NCBI RefSeq assembly: GCF_006345805.1
Contig: NC_043014.1
Coordinates: 7,006,001-7,070,000, forward strand
Direction of reading: 5' to 3'
Source: Octopus sinensis
Taxonomy: Eukaryota
Length of the DNA: 64,000 nucleotides
A model generated the notes under the pieces. That model saw nothing but the letters and a program-made list of their open reading frames with translations. It did no database searches and had not been told where the DNA came from. Of the stretch, positions 1-11,980 are shown piece after piece. Every line of letters begins with the position of its first letter. Within the stretch, counting starts at the first letter, position 1. The translations under genes were made by a program, and so were the position numbers.

Positions 1-408
1 GGTCGAATTGGATTAGCTGAACTGGACATAATTAATGAGATGTGGGGAGGGGGGAACTGTGTGTGTCAGTGTGTGTGTGTGCCAGCGTGTGTGTGTGTCA
101 GTGTGTGTGTGTCAGTGTATGTGTGTGTCAGTGTGTGTGTGTGTGTGTGGCAGTGTGTGTGTGTGTGTGTGTTCTCTCCTTGCATTTGTATTTCTGTACA
201 CGCGTGTATGTTTCTCCCTTTCACCTCTTATTACTCTGTACGTGTGTGTGTGTGTATGTATATGTGAGTGTGTGTATCTTTGTATGTATGTATGTATGTA
301 TGTATGTATGTACCTATGTATTTACATTATGTATGTATGCATGTATGTATGTATGCGTGTGTACATATGTATATGTGAATGTATGTATGTACCTATATAT
401 GTATATAT

Positions 409-822
409 ACTCTTTACTCTTTTACTTGTTTCAGTCATGTGACTGTGGCCATGCTGGAGCACCCTCTTTAATCGATCAAATCGACCCCAGAACTTATTCT
501 TTGTAAGCCTAGTACTAATTCTATCGGTTTCTTTTTTGCCGAACCGCTAAGTTACGGGGGACGTAAACACACCAGCTTCGGTTGTCAAGCGATGTTGGGG
601 GGACAAACACAGACACACAAACATGCACATATATATATATATATATATACATATATACGACGGGCTTCATTCAGTTTCCGTCTACCAAATCCATTCACGT
701 GGCTATGGTCGGCCCGAGGCTATAGTAGAAGACACTTACCCAAGGTGCCACACCGTGGGACTGAACCCAGAACCATGTGGTTCGTAAGCAAGCTACTTAC
801 CATACACCCACTCCTACGCCTA
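409..822 (-). mobile_element. tRNA-derived SINE family A (probably the octopus OK-type SINE). Other copies at about 2230-2872(-), 4045-4420(+), 4603-5020(+), 10370-10790(+), 15500-15890(+), 16288-16705(-), 18960-19330(-), 29195-29590(-), 36315-36717(-), 37070-37405(-), 37435-37810(-), 38810-39240(-), 39295-39690(+), 47632-48030(+), 49998-50405(+)
   Basis: About 400-bp dispersed repeat; head ggcgcaggagtggctgtgtggt (A-box-like) ... ggttccgggttcagtccc (B-box-like); central microsatellite; tail gtcaaatgactgaaacaagtaaaaga. Confidence 0.85.
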
Positions 823-1774
823 TATGTATGTATGTATGCATGGTTGGGTCGTCGGCGACTAAACCGGCAACCCCACCAAGCTTGCTTGGTGAGGAGGGTG
901 TTTATTGGACACCCTGCCGGATGAAAAAAAAAACCCGTCAAAGACCGGAGGAACTCTTGAGAGTCAACGGCCATCCAATAAATGTCTTAAGGCTGTATCT
1001 TGCGCGGGGACATAGAAATAATTGGACTGAATACCCGATCGTGCGGTTAAACCATTGGGAGTGAAGGACTCCTAGCCTTTGTTAGGGCATCCTTCTAGGA
1101 GAAGGTAACTCAGGTAACTGGGATAACTCCAACATAAAACCTGTGGCTCAGTGGTTACCGATGATGTTGACTTGGTTCTTCTTTTCGGATTATGGCTGCT
1201 GTTGCTTATTGCTGCTGTTGCTCAGCACAAACCATACCCGCTATAATAACATACATCAGCACTAACACCGTCAAACTTTCAGATACCCAGGGTAGATGTG
1301 GCTCTTTAGCAGCTCATCAAAGAGAAGGTAACTCCCTACAAATCCTGCATTCTTGTAAATACTGGGCCCAGTGGGACTGACTCTTCGCAAATCATAATAC
1401 AATAATAATATCTACCATGAAGGTTGTTCAGGAAACTGCATTCTTCTGCAGATGGACCTTTCTGTCTGAAATATATAATGCTTTTGCAACTCTATTCTCA
1501 GCATTTTTAGAAGCTTTCCTCATTTCGGTTTTCATTTATTTTTCTACTTCTATACTACAATGCTTCTAGCAAATTATGATACTCTTCTTTCTCTAGTATT
1601 TTCTTTGGTATTTCCCAAACCCAGAACTCCTGGTATGCAGTATGTTATTATTAAACGAGTTTGTTCATCTTTACATTATCATTCTGTATTTATGGTGTTT
1701 ATATTCTTTCAATTCTGTTCTCTTTTTTTTTTTCCAGAATTGGTTTTAAGTAAGATTGGTCTCAGGAATCTAAA

Positions 1775-1794
1775 ATGTTCAGATACTACTATGT
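1775..1794 (+). CDS. Coding exon 1 of a single-pass PPxY membrane protein (MFRYYY + split codon); the exon starts at 1738 with 5' UTR
   Basis: Pyrimidine tract and ttccag acceptor ending at 1737; in-frame TAA at 1751 upstream of aaaATG at 1775; donor gtgagt at 1795; its phase 2 matches the next exon. Confidence 0.7.
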
Positions 1795-2469
1795 GTGAGT
1801 ATCATTATTATTATTGTTATTATTACCTCCGCCTTAGCGAAGGCAGAGGTATTGTTTTCAGTCACATTTGTTTGTCCATGGACAAAATATCTCATGAACC
1901 ACTGGATGGATTCAGATGAAACTTTCAGGGGTGTTTCGCCTGGTGACTGGCACGAACTGATTAGATTTTGGGATCAATCTGGTACCAGACAAGGATTCTG
2001 GATTATTTTTCCGTTTTTATTTTTTTTACTTAATTTTTGAGAGTGGTTGGGTTCTTGCCGATAGATTAAGGATCTGGCTTAAAAATTTAGTTCTGGGGTT
2101 GATGGGTTCTGCTAAAATTCTTTGAGGCAGTGCCCCAGGATGGCCACGATCTAACGACCGAAACGTGTAAAAGATTAAAGGCAAGAAAATAGAGGGAGAG
2201 AGAAAGAAAGAAAATAAAAATTAATTCTGATAGCTTTTATTCTTTTCATTTGTTTCAGTCACTTGAATGTGGTCATGCTGGAGCAATGCCTTGAATTTTT
2301 TTTTTTTGTTGAATGAATCAACCCTATTACTTATTTTTAAAGCTTGATGCTTGTTCTGTCGGTCTCCTTTGCCAAGCTGCTAAGTTACGGGGGTGTGAGC
2401 CCAACAACACCGGTTGTCAAGCAGTGATGTGGGGCAGGGGGTTGGGTGGGAGGTCAAACACAGACAGAA

Positions 2470-2500
<31 letters not shown>

Positions 2501-3620
2501 TACATACATACATACATATATATGTATATATATATATATATATATGCACGTACACATACAGCAGGCTTCTTTCAGTTTCCATCTACCAAATCTGCTCACA
2601 AGCCTTTGTTTGGCCCAAGGCTATAGAAGACCCTTGCCCAAGGTGCCACACAGTGGGACTGAACCTGGAGCCATGTGGTTGGAAAGCAAGCTTCTTACCA
2701 CACCACCACACCTATATAATGGGCTTCTTTCAGTTTCCATCTATCAAATCCACTCACAAGGCTTTGGTCAGCCCGAGGCTGTAGTAGAAGACACTTGCCC
2801 AAGGTGCCACACAGTGGGACTGAACCCTGAACCATGGGGTTGGAAAGCAAGCTTCTTACCACACAGCCACATGTAAAAAAATAAGTTTTCAATTCCTTTA
2901 AAATAGACCAGTTTATGAATATTCATTTCTATTTTGGGGGCTGACACAGAATTAATTAAGCAGGCACTAAAATATTTGATTAGTCAAGTTTGATAATCTA
3001 AGTTTATCTACAAGAAATGAGAACGCCCGGCAATGCTGAAATCTCTGTTCTTTCTTGACCTGCCTGAAATAGCAGTCAAACTCCCCCAAATTATTGTCCT
3101 TAATCTTTTTACATTCAGATAGCGCTATCTGAATCGTGGCCGATGCCAGCGTTGCCTCGACTGGCTTCCATGCCGGTGGCACATAAAAAGCACCATCCAA
3201 ATCGTGGCCGATGCCAGTGCCGCCTCGACTGGCTTCCATGCCGGTGGCACATAAAAAGCACCATCTAAATCGTGGCCGATACCAGTGCCGCCTCGACTGG
3301 CTTCCATGCCGGTGGCACATAGAATGCACCAATCCGACCGTGGCCGTTGCCAGCCTCACCTGGCACCTGTGCCGGTGGCACGTAAAAAAGCACCCACTAC
3401 ACTCACGGAGTGGTTGGCGTTAGGAAGGGCATCCAGCTGTAGAAACACTGCCAGATCAGACTGGAGCCTGGTGCAGCCTTCTGGCTTCCCAGATCCCTGG
3501 TCGAACCGTCCAACCCATGCTAAGATGGAAAACGGACGTTAAACGATGATGATGATGATGATTAATCTGTTCAGTGAAATGCTTGTTTATTCACATCGTT
3601 GTGAATTAATCGGAGATTCC

Positions 3621-4777
3621 ACAGTTCTATATTTAAGAGATGAGGAATTATGTACATTGTTTACATTTGACGGATATTTGTCCTCATCTTGTTTGTTGTT
3701 AACACAACATTTCGGCTGATATACCCTCCAGCCTTCATCAGGTGTCTTGGGGAAAATTTCGAACCTGGGTTCTCATTCCTAAGTTATCTTTCAATGTTAT
3801 TGTCACCCACCCGTGAGAGCACACGCTGGGCGAAATGCGCAGCCGTATTTCGTCTGCCGTTATGTTCTGAGTTCAAATTCTGCCGAGGTCAACTTTGCCA
3901 TTCATCCTTTCGGGGTCAATTAAATAAGTACCAGTTACACACTGGAGTCGATGTAATCGACTTAATACCTATGTCTGTCCTTGTTTGTCCCCTCTGTGTT
4001 TAGCCCCTTGTGGCTAGTAAAGAAATAAATGTAAAAAAAAAAAAAAGGCGCAGGAGTGGCTGTGTGGTAAGTAGCTTGCTAACCAACCACATGGTTCTGG
4101 GTTCAGTCCCACTGCGTGGCACTTTGGGCAAGTGTCTTCTACTATAGCCGCGGGCCGACCAAAGCCTTGTGAGTGGATTTGGTAGACGGAAACTGAAAGA
4201 AGCCCGTTGTATGTGTGTATATATGTTTGTGTGACTGTGTTTGTCCCCCCAACACTGCTTGACAACTGATGGTGGTGTGTTTATGTCCCTGTAACTTAGC
4301 GGTTTAACAAAAGATAGTGATAGAATAAGTACTGGGCTTACAAAGAATAAGTCCTGGGGTCGATTTGCTCGACTAAAGGCGGTGCTCCAGCATGGCCACA
4401 GTCAAATGACTGAAACAAGTAAAAGATTAAAAAAAAAGAGTAGGCAGTGATCTGAATAATAATAATAATAATAATAATAACAATAACAACAACAACACCG
4501 AAAAATACCTTTGGAATAAGAACCCAGGTTCGAAATTTCCCCATGACACCTGATGAATGCTGGAGTGTATATCAGCTGAAATGTTGTGTTAACAACAAAC
4601 AAGGCGCAGGAGTGGCTGTGTGGTAAGTAGCTTGCTTACCATTCACATGGTTCCGGGTTCAGTCCCACTGCGTGGCACCTTGGGCAAGTGTCTTCTACTA
4701 TAGCCTCGATCCGACCAAAGCCTTGTGAGTGGATTTGGTAGACGGAAACTGAAAGAAGCCCGTCGTATATATGTATG

Positions 4778-4808
<31 letters not shown>

Positions 4809-5062
4809 ATGTGTATATGTTTGTGTGTCTGTGTTTGTCCCCCCAACATCGCTTGACAACCGATGCTGGTGTGTTTACGTCCTCGTAACTTAGCAGTTTG
4901 GCAAAAGAGACCGAAAGAATAAGTACTAGGCTTACAAAGAATAAGTCCCGGGGTCGATTTGCTCGACTAACGGCGGTGCTCCAGCATGGCCACAGTCACA
5001 TGACTGGAACAAGTAAAAGAGTATGAGGACAAATATCCGTCAAATGTAAATAAAGTACATAA
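3621..5062. mobile_element. Foldback element with inverted arms carrying hammerhead-like motifs (Penelope/retrozyme-like), interrupted by SINEs
   Basis: Arm 3621-3790 is the reverse complement of 4500-4602 plus 5022-5062; each arm has ctgatga...gaaa. Confidence 0.7.
3701..3746 (-). ncRNA. Minimal type I hammerhead ribozyme-like motif; further copies on the + strand at 4545-4590 and 25091-25136
   Basis: gacac-CUGAUGA-a-ggcug-10 nt loop-cagcc-GAAAUGUU-guguu; perfect 5-bp stem II; a C>T change in stem III. Confidence 0.55.
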
Positions 5063-5530
5063 AGTAATCAGAGATTGTGTTGTGGTTTACCTTAGAGTTT
5101 CAAGACTTCAGTGATGGGATTGTTTCATTTTAGAATGACATTGTGTGATAGGTAGGAGAGGTCAGATCTGGTCAGTTTGAATGTAAAACATGCAGAATAT
5201 TTGAGCCAGCTGTGGCTGGTTTATATGCTAAATGGTCAGCGAAAAGGAAAGAGTGTCTCAAACAAAATGGGAAGGTCAAATCTGGATTGCCTTTGATCAA
5301 GTGGTTTTTTTCACCAGGATTGACCCAGGTCTAAATAACCCTAATTATCTAAGTACCGGGCTTGAAAAAAAAAAAAAGAAGTTCTGGGGCCGATTCATTC
5401 AACTAAGATCTTTCAAAGCAGTGCCCCAGAATGGGCCATAGTCTAATGACTGAAAGAAGAAAAAATTTAAAACAAAAAATTTTTTCACAGAAATTCATTT
5501 AATTTTGACATTTCTTCTTGTTTTCCACAG

Positions 5531-5669
5531 AGTGATTGTCTTCATTTTTTTGAAAATTTTGTTTTGGACATTTTTCTTTTACCTCCGTTCCCGGAGATTA
5601 CGACTGCTACAACGACGAGGCGTACTTATAATTGACCGGAGTGGACATTTGACCACAAGTAACCACACG
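5531..5669 (+). CDS. Coding exon 2: transmembrane helix and basic stop-transfer segment (VIVFIFLKILFWTFFFYLRSRRLRLLQRRGVLIIDRSGHLTTSNHT)
   Basis: ttttccacag acceptor ending at 5530; open frame; donor gtaatt at 5670; phase 2 in and phase 0 out match both neighbours. Confidence 0.8.
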
Positions 5670-6899
5670 GTAATTTGACAACCTTTCTTCTAATTTAATT
5701 TTTCGCTTTTTGTTTTAATTAAACATTTATCTAACCTGGCGCTTCTCATTTGGAGTCCATATTGCTCCTGAAGGTCCATATAAGATTTTTGGGGGTTCAC
5801 GCAACAAAAGAGTAAAGTGGGGATCCACAATACAATCCTAAGGGCACCTGAGACAATTTTACTTTAGATCGGTGGCACATAAAAAGCACCATCCAATCGT
5901 GGCCGTTGCCAGCCTCACCTGGCCCCTGTGCCGGTGGCACGTAAAAAACACCATCCGTCCTGGCCGTTTGCCAGCTCCGTCTGGCACCTGTGAGGGTGGC
6001 ACGTAAAAAGCACCCACTACACTCATGGAGTGGTTGGCGTTAGGAAGGGCATCCAGCCGTAGAAACACTGCCAGATCTGACTGGGCCTGATGCAGCCGTC
6101 TGGCTTCACAGACCCCAGTTGAACCGTCCAACCCATGCTAGCATGGAAAGTGGACGCTAAATGATGATGATGATGATGATAATCTGTGGCCTCCACCTGG
6201 GATGTAGCCAGTCCTCTTATACATACCTTTCCTTCTTGGGACACAAAACTCTGCTTGCGAAGACCTGTTGAGGCAAATGAAATCGAATTCGATCAAAAAT
6301 CAATGGAAATTGTAGTTGTGATACAGTGCCGGTGGCACGTAAAAGAACCATCCAAACGTGGCCGTTGCCAGCGCCGCCTTGACGAGCCTCTGTGCCGGTG
6401 GCATGTAAAAAGCACCAACCGATCGTGACCGTTGCCAGCCTCCCCTGGCACCTGTGCCGGTGGTATGCTGGTTGGCATTAGGAAGGGCATCCAGCTGTAG
6501 AAACGCTGCCAGATCAGACTGGAGCCTTGTGCAGCCTCCTGGCTTCCCAGACCCCAGTTGAACTGTCTAACCCATGCTAGCATGGAAAGCGGACGTTAAA
6601 CGATGATGATGATGATGTTTGGTTATGTATTGCAAGAAACAACCAGGTTCCTTTCTCTACCGTTTTACATAATTCAACCTACACAAATTAATGTGTGAAA
6701 GACAAAATAAGAAATTTGAAAGAAGTTTTTAAACATTGAATAGCTCCGGAGTTCGACCAGAATAAAACAGTAATCAAAGGTGTCTACAGGTAAATCAAAA
6801 TCAAATAGAAATCGTAGTTGCGATCCCTGTGCCGGTGGCATGTAAAAAGCACCATCCGAACGTGGCTGATGCCAGTGCTTCCTTGACTGGCTTCTGTGC

Positions 6900-7500
6900 T
6901 GGTGGCGAGCTGGCAGAACCGTTAGCTCGCCGGGCAAAATGCTTAGCGGTAGTTCGTATGCCATTACGTTCTGAGTTCAAATTCTGCCGAGGTCGACTTT
7001 GCCTTTCATCCTTTCGGGGTCGATTAAATAAGTACCAGTTACGCACTGTGGTCGATGTAATCGACTTAATCCGTTTGTCTGTCCTTGTTTGTCCCCTCTA
7101 TGTTTAGCCCCTTGTGGGCCGTAAAGAAGTAGGTATTTTGTCTGCCGTTACGTTCTGAGTTCAAATTCCGCCGAGGTCGACTTTGCCTTTCATTCTTTCG
7201 GGGTCGATAAATTAAGTACCAAGTTATGCACTGGGGTCGATATAATCGACTTAATCCGTTTGTCTGTCATTGTTTGTCCTCTCTGTGTTTAGCCCCTTGT
7301 GGGTAGTAAAGAAATAGGTATTTCGTCTGCCGTTACGTACTGAGTTCAAATTCCACCAAGGTCGACTTTGCTTTTCATCCCTTCGAGGTCGATTAAATAA
7401 GTACCAGTTACGCACTGGGGTCGATATAATCGACTTAATCCATTTGTCTGTCCTTCTTTGTCCGCTCTGTGTTTAGCCCCTTGTGGGTAGTAAAGAAAGG
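6900..7500 (+). mobile_element. tRNA-derived SINE family B, here with its body trimerised. Other copies at 3810-4030(+), 25181-25393(-), 33350-33590(-), 37820-38030(-), 50900-51133(-), 55220-55600(-), 62640-62872(-), 63036-63455(+)
   Basis: Head ggcggcgagctggcagaa...gagttcaaattcc; central gtcgactttgcctttcatcctttcggggtcgattaaataagtacc resembles a conserved SINE central domain (Meta-like, from memory); the 25181 copy has a 16-bp target-site duplication ctgtcaaatgtaaata. Confidence 0.8.
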
Positions 7501-7698
7501 GTGGGATCTGGTGTAGCTTTCCTGCTTGCCAGCTCAGGTCAAACAGTCCAACCCATACCAACATGGAAAGCGGACTTTAAAGGATGATGATGATGATGTT
7601 GATGGTGATGATGATTTATATGTATTTTATTTTTTTTATTTTCTTTGATTTCAATCGTTAAAGATGAATTACAGACTGTGTTGTGTTTCTTTTTTCAG

Positions 7699-8130
7699 GA
7701 TTTGGCGACCATAATTGAATACGAGGACCAGCAGAGGCAGCATTTCCATAACTTGTCCCATCCCCAAATGGCCGACAGCCCTCCGCCTTACTCCGAGGTC
7801 GTGCAAACGCCGCCGCCCCTGTACATTAACCCGATGATCGACCCCCAGAACCCTTCTTCCTTCATGGACACCTGCAAGCCGCCCACCTACGAGCAGGCTG
7901 TGCAGCAAGAGCAGCACACGACTGCACCGCACCAAACGCTGCAAGACCAACAACTGCAACAACAACAACTACAAGATCAATCACAACAACAGCCACACCA
8001 ACAACAACAACAACAACAACAACAGCCACAGCAGGATAATGGAACGAATCCAGAGAGGGAATACCCGTTATTGAATTCTTCGCCGCACCAGCATTTGCCG
8101 CCGCCGCCACCGTACAGTTCCAACGAGTAG
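7699..8130 (+). CDS. Last coding exon: Pro/Gln-rich cytoplasmic tail with four PPxY motifs (WBP1/VOPP1/PMEPA1-like architecture)
   Basis: tttttcag acceptor ending at 7698; GC-richer open frame to TAG at 8128-8130; PPPY, PPLY, PPTY and PPPY motifs; total CDS 591 nt = 196 aa. Confidence 0.85.
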   Translation, partial: DLATIIEYEDQQRQHFHNLSHPQMADSPPPYSEVVQTPPPLYINPMIDPQNPSSFMDTCKPPTYEQAVQQEQHTTAPHQTLQDQQLQQQQLQDQSQQQPHQQQQQQQQQPQQDNGTNPEREYPLLNSSPHQHLPPPPPYSSNE

Positions 8131-8355
8131 GGGTGGAACGGATCGTCTCAGACCAAGAAAACTCTTTGCGGAATCTAACAGAATCTCATTTTAATCAAGT
8201 GACCCTTTTGTTGATCGATAACCGATGTAGTCGGGTGCTGGTGACAGACATGGAAACCAACATTTGCGATTAATTAATTGATTAACTGCTGCTAATTGAT
8301 CTGATTGTGCGTGCACACACACACACATAGACAATATATATATATATATATATAT

Positions 8356-8401
<46 letters not shown>

Positions 8402-8521
8402 CACACACACAGACATATATATATATATATATCATCATCATCATCATTTAACGTCCGCTTTCCATTAAATGATGATGATATATATATAATATATATATAT
8501 ATACACATACACATACATACA

Positions 8522-8575
<54 letters not shown>

Positions 8576-8742
8576 ACACACACACACAGACATATATATA
8601 CACACACACAGACATATATATATATACCGGAGTAAACACATAAATGTGAAACAAGGTGAAAAAAAGAGTACTCAAATACCAGTGGTAGAGTAATATATAT
8701 GTATATACACATATACATATATATATATATATATACACACAC

Positions 8743-8774
<32 letters not shown>

Positions 8775-9011
8775 CACACACACATATATATACATACATA
8801 TATACATACATATATATATATATATATTATATATATATATATATATATATCTATGATAAATTGTGATTAGAAGCTATGTTTGTGTGTTTCGAGCGCGTTG
8901 ACATTTGCACAGTTGCATGACCATAAACACATATGCAATATGATGGCTTTCACGTCTGACTGTATGTATGTATGTTTAGGTAGTGAGAAACAGACTCACA
9001 TACGCACACTC

Positions 9012-9043
<32 letters not shown>

Positions 9044-11144
9044 GCATGTACACATATACATATATGCACAAACACACACACATATTACCATAAATGCATA
9101 TGTACTCTAAAACCCACAGCTTTCTGATCTGATTGCTTGTCTGTATGTATGAATGTATGTATGTATGTATATATGTGTGTTTGTGCATGTATATGTGTGT
9201 GTGTGTATGTATCTGTGTGTTTGATGGCAAAGAACAGACATTGCACACGCGTATGCATACATGCGTGCGTGCGTGTGCACATGGATGTAATTGCAGATTT
9301 CTGAACGCGAAATGCAAGAAACGCACACAGACACACACACACACACACATGCAGTTACAGCCTTCTGATTTCAGGTGTATATGTTGTGTGTTTATGCATG
9401 TATGAATATACATACATACATATATATATACACACACACATGTATATATATATATGTATGTATGTATATTCATACATGCATAAACACACAACAACGCGAG
9501 GATGTGGAAAAAAAAAGAGTATTATTGGACGCTCAGGAAAGAAGGGAAGAAGGAGGGTTTAACGTTTTGAGCAGAGCTCTTCGTCAGAAACATAGGAGAA
9601 GGAAAGATCCCGAGATGGGAAGACAAAGGAAACAAATCGCCAACGGTACTCACGAGGTCACGTGTGTGTGTGTGTGTATGCACTTGTGTTTATGCATGTC
9701 TATATGCATATGTGTGTACATAATTATTACAACAGTATATGTGTGTGTGTGTGTGTTGTGTATGCAAGAATGTATTGTTGTTCAGTTCCAGGGTCATTTT
9801 GTCGAGCTTCGAAGTATACTGCGTTTTTTAACACTATACATTTTTAAAGGAACCTCCTTCAGACAAATTACCCCAGCTCCTACTATTTAACAACACACAT
9901 GCATTATGTGATATTCATAATATATCTATATCTACATACCTATATATATATCTATATATATATATATATATATATATAACGGGAAGGTTTACGAAAATAA
10001 ACAAAAGACGAAGGCAGGTGGAGTACAAACAAACAGTTGTATTAGTATGGCGCTCAGGAATAGAAATAGAACAAGTCCTTTACGTTTCGAGCCTACGCTC
10101 TTCGACAGAAAGATACACAGAAAAAAACAAGGAGAGAAAAAAAATGTGTGTAGGAGCTAACGATCTATCATATATATATTTATTTTATTAATATTTAGCA
10201 GAAATAACAGAGTGACTCGAGGGATGAGAGCTTCGTGTATTGCCAATTATCAAACTAGTTTGTAAAATGCCAATGCATGAAATCTTTGATTGTGAATCAC
10301 TTTGTTACTTTTGCTAAATATTAATAAAAATATATTCATATTTTGCATTCTGGTTTTTCTGTTTGCGCCAATGCATATGTGGCTGTGTGGTAAGATGCCT
10401 GCTTCTCAGCCACAGGGTTCCGGGTTCAGTCCCACTGCATGGCACCTTGGGCAAGTGTCCTCTACTATAGACTCGGGCCGACCAAATCCTTGTGAGTGGA
10501 TTTGGTAGACGGAAACTGAAAGACGCCTGTCGTATATATGTACATGTGTGTATATATAAATATATATATATATATGTGTGTGTGTGTATCTCTGTGTTTG
10601 TCCACCCACCATTGTTTGACATCTGATGTTGGTGTTTTTATGTCCCCCGTAACGTAGCGGTTCAGCAAAAAGAGACGGATAGAATAAGTCCTAGGCTTAC
10701 AAAGAATAATTCCTGGGGTCTGATTTGTTCGACTAAAGGTGGTGCTCCAGCATGGCCGCAGTCAAATGACTGAAACAAGTAAAAAAAAATGTATACATAT
10801 ATATACATGTGAAGATGTATAGCCTAGTGGTTTGTGTATTCGGCTCAATCATAAAGCCATGAGTTCAAATCCCAGTCAAGTGTTTTGTCCTTGAGCAAGA
10901 CACTTTATTTCACGTTGCTTCAATTCCAACTCAGCTAGACAAAAATTGAGTTGGACCTTGTAATTCAAAGGGGCCACTCGTCGCGTTCTGCATCATGCTG
11001 AATCTCCCGAAAAGCTACGTTAAGGGTATGTGTGTCTGTGGAGCACTCAGTCACTTGCATGTTAATTTCACAAGCAAACCATTTCATTGAGCAAATCTAC
11101 TGTATATAGATACATATATATATATATATATACATTTATTTATG

Positions 11145-11175
<31 letters not shown>

Positions 11176-11315
11176 ATATATATATATGTGTGTATGTATG
11201 TATACACATGTGTATGTATGTATATACACATTTATATATATGTATACACATGTATATTTATGTATATACATATATGTATATATATATATATATTATATAT
11301 ATGTGTGTGTACACA

Positions 11316-11790
11316 CGATGGCTGCCCCCTCGTTATCGAGTATGGCCATTGCACGAAGCTTAACTGTTATTGGTGCTGTGATCAAATGTGACTTTTTAGC
11401 CCAGCTAAAGATCTACAATGTCTTGTACAAAATTGGCAGCCAAAGCCTTTACCGGTAATAGCCGGCTGTAGTTGTAACTGGGCTTCATGTACCTTTGCAT
11501 GTCGTTTAAGTCCTCCTGCCGAATTACACTCTCTTCCACATGCCCGACAGATATGATTAGTATGGTGTGTAGCACCACCACCAGTGGCCAGGTTGTCACT
11601 CATCTGTCTCGTTTTATGACTACGAAGATGACTCATGAGTCCAGCTTTACTGAGGCAGGGTCTTGCGCGGACACTGCATGTCAGCATCATAGGAAGACCC
11701 TTCCCATCTGGAAGTGCAACAGCGATGCCCTTCCTGACATCCCTCCTTACTTTCTCATGCGCAACTCTAGATTTATCAAAAGTAGCTGTT
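11316..11790 (-). mobile_element. 3' end of an RTE-clade LINE with three C2H2-like zinc fingers
   Basis: RGTATFDKSRVAHEKVRRDVRKG followed by C..R.C.S.AGL.SH-type repeats, typical of the RTE ORF C-terminus; 5'-truncated within a microsatellite. Confidence 0.65.
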
Positions 11791-11932
11791 CCCCTTGTAT
11801 ATATACATACATACATATATATACACATTAGCTGCAGCAAAGTATATATGCACGTTTTACACTCATTCAATTCAAATATCTGAATCTCAGTGCCTGCCAG
11901 TATGTAAATGCTTGCTTGTCTATATGTATATA

Positions 11933-11977
<45 letters not shown>

Positions 11978-11980
<3 letters not shown>

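Noticed and set aside
35-506. Cys/Val/Tyr/Ile/His-rich ORFs here and at 8191-9494, 11087-11458, 29856-30445, 48881-49534, 53816-54253 and 59932-60321
   Set aside because: Translations of (GT)n, (TA)n and (CATA)n microsatellites; no splice or start context
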